DNA of 64,000 bases from positions 96,001 to 160,000 of the IMG/VR virus record IMGVR_UViG_3300020048_000007; one strand, written 5' to 3'. This DNA comes from a virus (lineage: Duplodnaviria > Caudoviricetes). Below the pieces are notes generated by a model. The model made no database searches and was not told the DNA's origin. It saw nothing but the letters and a program-made list of their open reading frames with translations. A program made the position numbers and the translations under genes. Shown piece after piece: positions 61,628 to 64,000 of this stretch. Position 1 is the first letter of the stretch. Every line of letters begins with the position of its first letter.

Positions 61628-63537
61628 CAGTTCACCATTCCTGTTACTTTGGAAATCTGTAACTCAATTCTCTGACGAATTGTAAGCTCTTTTAGTTTAT
61701 CATGTATTGCTTTGTTTTTATCATGATGCTGATACCATCCCTCAGATCTACCATGATGAAGATGCAGAAGATTGTACGTTCTGTTGTCTAAATATTTTGA
61801 CCCTCCCGACATTCTTTCATAGAAATCACAATCTTCACACCCGTAACCCCAAAAATCCTCGTTAAATCCGCCTATTTTCCAATAAGCATCCTTTGTACAT
61901 GCCAAAGAGCCTCCCTCATAGTATCCCACAACACGCTCAAACACAGGCTCTGATACTTCTTCAGAACTATTAATGCGATCGGTACTCGCCTTATCTGCGT
62001 ACACTACCGTAGACCCCAGATGACAAGACTCATAATTGTCCAGCACATCGCTTACTTCAGATGTATACCCATTGATAGCAAGCATGTCAGCATCATGTAA
62101 GATTATCTTATTGCTTGTAGCTTTGGAAACACCAAGATTAAACGCTTTGGCTTTATTGAAAGAATGCTCCTCTGCAACATTAACTTTATAATATCTTATT
62201 GGTTCATATTGCGATACATCTATTTTTTGAGTCTGGTCTTCTTCTACTAATATTATCTCTATGTCTGGGTATTTTTGGGCTCTTATATTATTCAGTACTG
62301 TGTTGAGAGAACCAGATCGTTCCTGCTCTCTAAAAGGAACTATAAATGTGACCTTTGGAATACACGAATCTTCAGTGAAATCATGCTTTAATTTCTTCAG
62401 ACTGTCGTATTTGTCACGAGCAGATTTTAGACACTCATTCTTGTCGTCTATGGAAGTACTTTCTTTATGCAATTTAATATATGATTCACTGCTATGGAGA
62501 TCATAGTAACCTTCTTTTTGCATTTTATTTGCATAGGCTCTAGAAGACCATTCTATATGTTCCAAACCATAATATCCAAAATCCTCGTTGAATGCTCCAA
62601 CAGCACGAAAATACTCGTTTGTAAAAGCCAACAGTGCACCATGCGGTCTGTCGTTGACTACATTTAACTGTACTCCATTTACAACAGTACTCATTCCTTT
62701 ATCTGCACCATATATTCCGGCCTGTCTAAAGACGAGATGGTGCATCATCGATTTTTTCAAACCATCAGCATAGAAATATTCCCAACCAGGCTTCAATATC
62801 TCTATATCGTCATTTAACAAAATACCGTATTGAAATCTGCTTAAAGCACGTAGTAATCTGTTCGAGTTTCCAGCCACCCCAAGTCTAACATTGTTTTTTA
62901 TGACCACAATGTTTGATTGTTCACGTAATTCTTCTAAGTATGCGATTAATTCCGGGTCCGTGCTGCAATCGTCACTAACAAATACAGTCGTAGAATTTAA
63001 GTTAGTGTTTTTGTTTATACTGTCAATGAGACGCTCTAACGAGTCTTTCCTGTTGTAAGATAATATACCCACTCCGATATTGTTGCTGATTGGATATAGA
63101 CCCTTACTGTTTTTAATCAAACCAACAGCTGTTCGTTGTATTTTGATTTTTTCATCTTCCGAAAGCTGCTTACCCACGATCTTATTGACTGATTTCTGGG
63201 CTGGTACTAGCTGTCGTGTATTCTGCCTGCTGCCAATGATTGTGCGTCGCTGAGGCTGAGGCTGAGGCTGAGGCTGCCTATGATGCTGCATTAATGGAGT
63301 TATTACTGGTTTTGTTGGCGTGTTGACTTTTTCGACTTTCTCGACTTTTTGGCTTATGATTGGTATGGACGGTTTTAATGTCTCATTGTTATTCAGGTTT
63401 ATTAAAAATCCCCTCTGCCGGTAAATCTCATAATATGCAGGAAGATTCACTATTTGCCTGCTCTTGATCTTAACTATTTGTCCTTCTGGACCAGTTATAT
63501 GCACTGTATGATGGTGCGGGTTTTGGTATTCTGGCAT
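61624..63537 (-). CDS. Tandem double GT2 glycosyltransferase with N-terminal extra domain and Q/P linker
   Basis: Domain 1 GILSYNR..VSDDCS..LLNDDIE..FGYYGLEH; domain 2 FIVPFRE..FNKAKAFNLG..ILHDADM..GGFNEDFWGYGCEDCDF; ATG at 63537 with AGGAG RBS. Confidence 0.9.
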   Translation of the reverse strand: MPEYQNPHHHTVHITGPEGQIVKIKSRQIVNLPAYYEIYRQRGFLINLNNNETLKPSIPIISQKVEKVEKVNTPTKPVITPLMQHHRQPQPQPQPQRRTIIGSRQNTRQLVPAQKSVNKIVGKQLSEDEKIKIQRTAVGLIKNSKGLYPISNNIGVGILSYNRKDSLERLIDSINKNTNLNSTTVFVSDDCSTDPELIAYLEELREQSNIVVIKNNVRLGVAGNSNRLLRALSRFQYGILLNDDIEILKPGWEYFYADGLKKSMMHHLVFRQAGIYGADKGMSTVVNGVQLNVVNDRPHGALLAFTNEYFRAVGAFNEDFGYYGLEHIEWSSRAYANKMQKEGYYDLHSSESYIKLHKESTSIDDKNECLKSARDKYDSLKKLKHDFTEDSCIPKVTFIVPFREQERSGSLNTVLNNIRAQKYPDIEIILVEEDQTQKIDVSQYEPIRYYKVNVAEEHSFNKAKAFNLGVSKATSNKIILHDADMLAINGYTSEVSDVLDNYESCHLGSTVVYADKASTDRINSSEEVSEPVFERVVGYYEGGSLACTKDAYWKIGGFNEDFWGYGCEDCDFYERMSGGSKYLDNRTYNLLHLHHGRSEGWYQHHDKNKAIHDKLKELTIRQRIELQISKVTGMVNC

Positions 63538-63538
63538 A

Positions 63539-64000
63539 CTATCTCCTAATCTCCACGTACAATGGTGCAAAATTTATTGGATCGTCGTCATTCAGTCTGA
63601 ACCTACTTGGTCTTATTAATAGATTCCCCTCATAAGACCCTTGCCCCTGAATGATAGCGTCAATGACTGATGGGTTAAGTATCACTGTATTTTTTGTCTT
63701 TAAAGTATTCACGAGCTTTCCAAAGACATCTTCAATAAGCCCCGGGCTCACACATTTGTTTAAGGACGTCCTCACATCTACTAACGTCAGAATATCACCA
63801 GCAATACTAAAATGATATTGTGCTTGCTCTATTTTTATGACGTTCATTAATCTAACATAGTTGACTAACTCATCCTTCACGAATTTTCTGCTAGTAATTC
63901 CAAGCGGTGTCACGTCTGATTCTAATTCTATCAGATTGCCAGCAGCATCGGAAAAAACAGTGTAGACATCATCCTTCTGGGTGTCTCGATAAATCAGAAC
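63539..64000 (-). CDS. Hypothetical protein, 5' end truncated by the window edge
   Basis: The frame of the 63539..63913 ORF stays open to position 64000 (VLIYRDTQKDDVYTVF..). Confidence 0.7.
   Translation of the reverse strand, partial: VLIYRDTQKDDVYTVFSDAAGNLIELESDVTPLGITSRKFVKDELVNYVRLMNVIKIEQAQYHFSIAGDILTLVDVRTSLNKCVSPGLIEDVFGKLVNTLKTKNTVILNPSVIDAIIQGQGSYEGNLLIRPSRFRLNDDDPINFAPLYVEIRR

Noticed and set aside
1-64000. Alternative genetic code (stop-codon reassignment) common in some jumbo phages
   Set aside because: Conserved genes are full-length in code 11, and TAA, TGA and TAG all occur as genuine stops
1-64000. tRNA or rRNA genes
   Set aside because: Intergenic gaps are short and none shows a cloverleaf with T-loop GTTC/CCA or rRNA signatures

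Overview
A 64-kb slice of a large tailed dsDNA phage (T4-like myovirus architecture, probably jumbo-sized), in the standard genetic code and almost entirely on the minus strand. It contains most of the virion module. Head: major capsid, scaffold, prohead protease, portal, large terminase and an unusual ~1080-aa acidic core protein. Neck and tail: gp13/gp14/gp15-like proteins, a 963-aa sheath, three tandem tail-tube paralogues, a chaperone, a 1357-aa tape measure, baseplate proteins and tail-fibre/LRR adhesin genes. Interleaved are a UvsW-like helicase, a probable gp55-like late sigma factor, a primase, a class II (B12) ribonucleotide reductase, two glycosylation loci and two Vsr-nuclease/Mom-like GNAT fusion genes. 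Patterns not explained by the gene list: (i) a kb-scale oscillation of G+T versus A+C at synonymous sites that flips within single genes; (ii) a YAAA(A/T/G)ATA motif before about 13 structural gene starts; (iii) an I-TevI-like RBS-sequestering hairpin containing TATAAATA in front of one nuclease; (iv) a candidate +1/-2 frameshift at TTTTTTC in the tail chaperone; (v) a 19x29-aa hypervariable LRR tail protein; (vi) several unannotated microproteins. All family calls come from motifs and synteny by eye; no database search was run.
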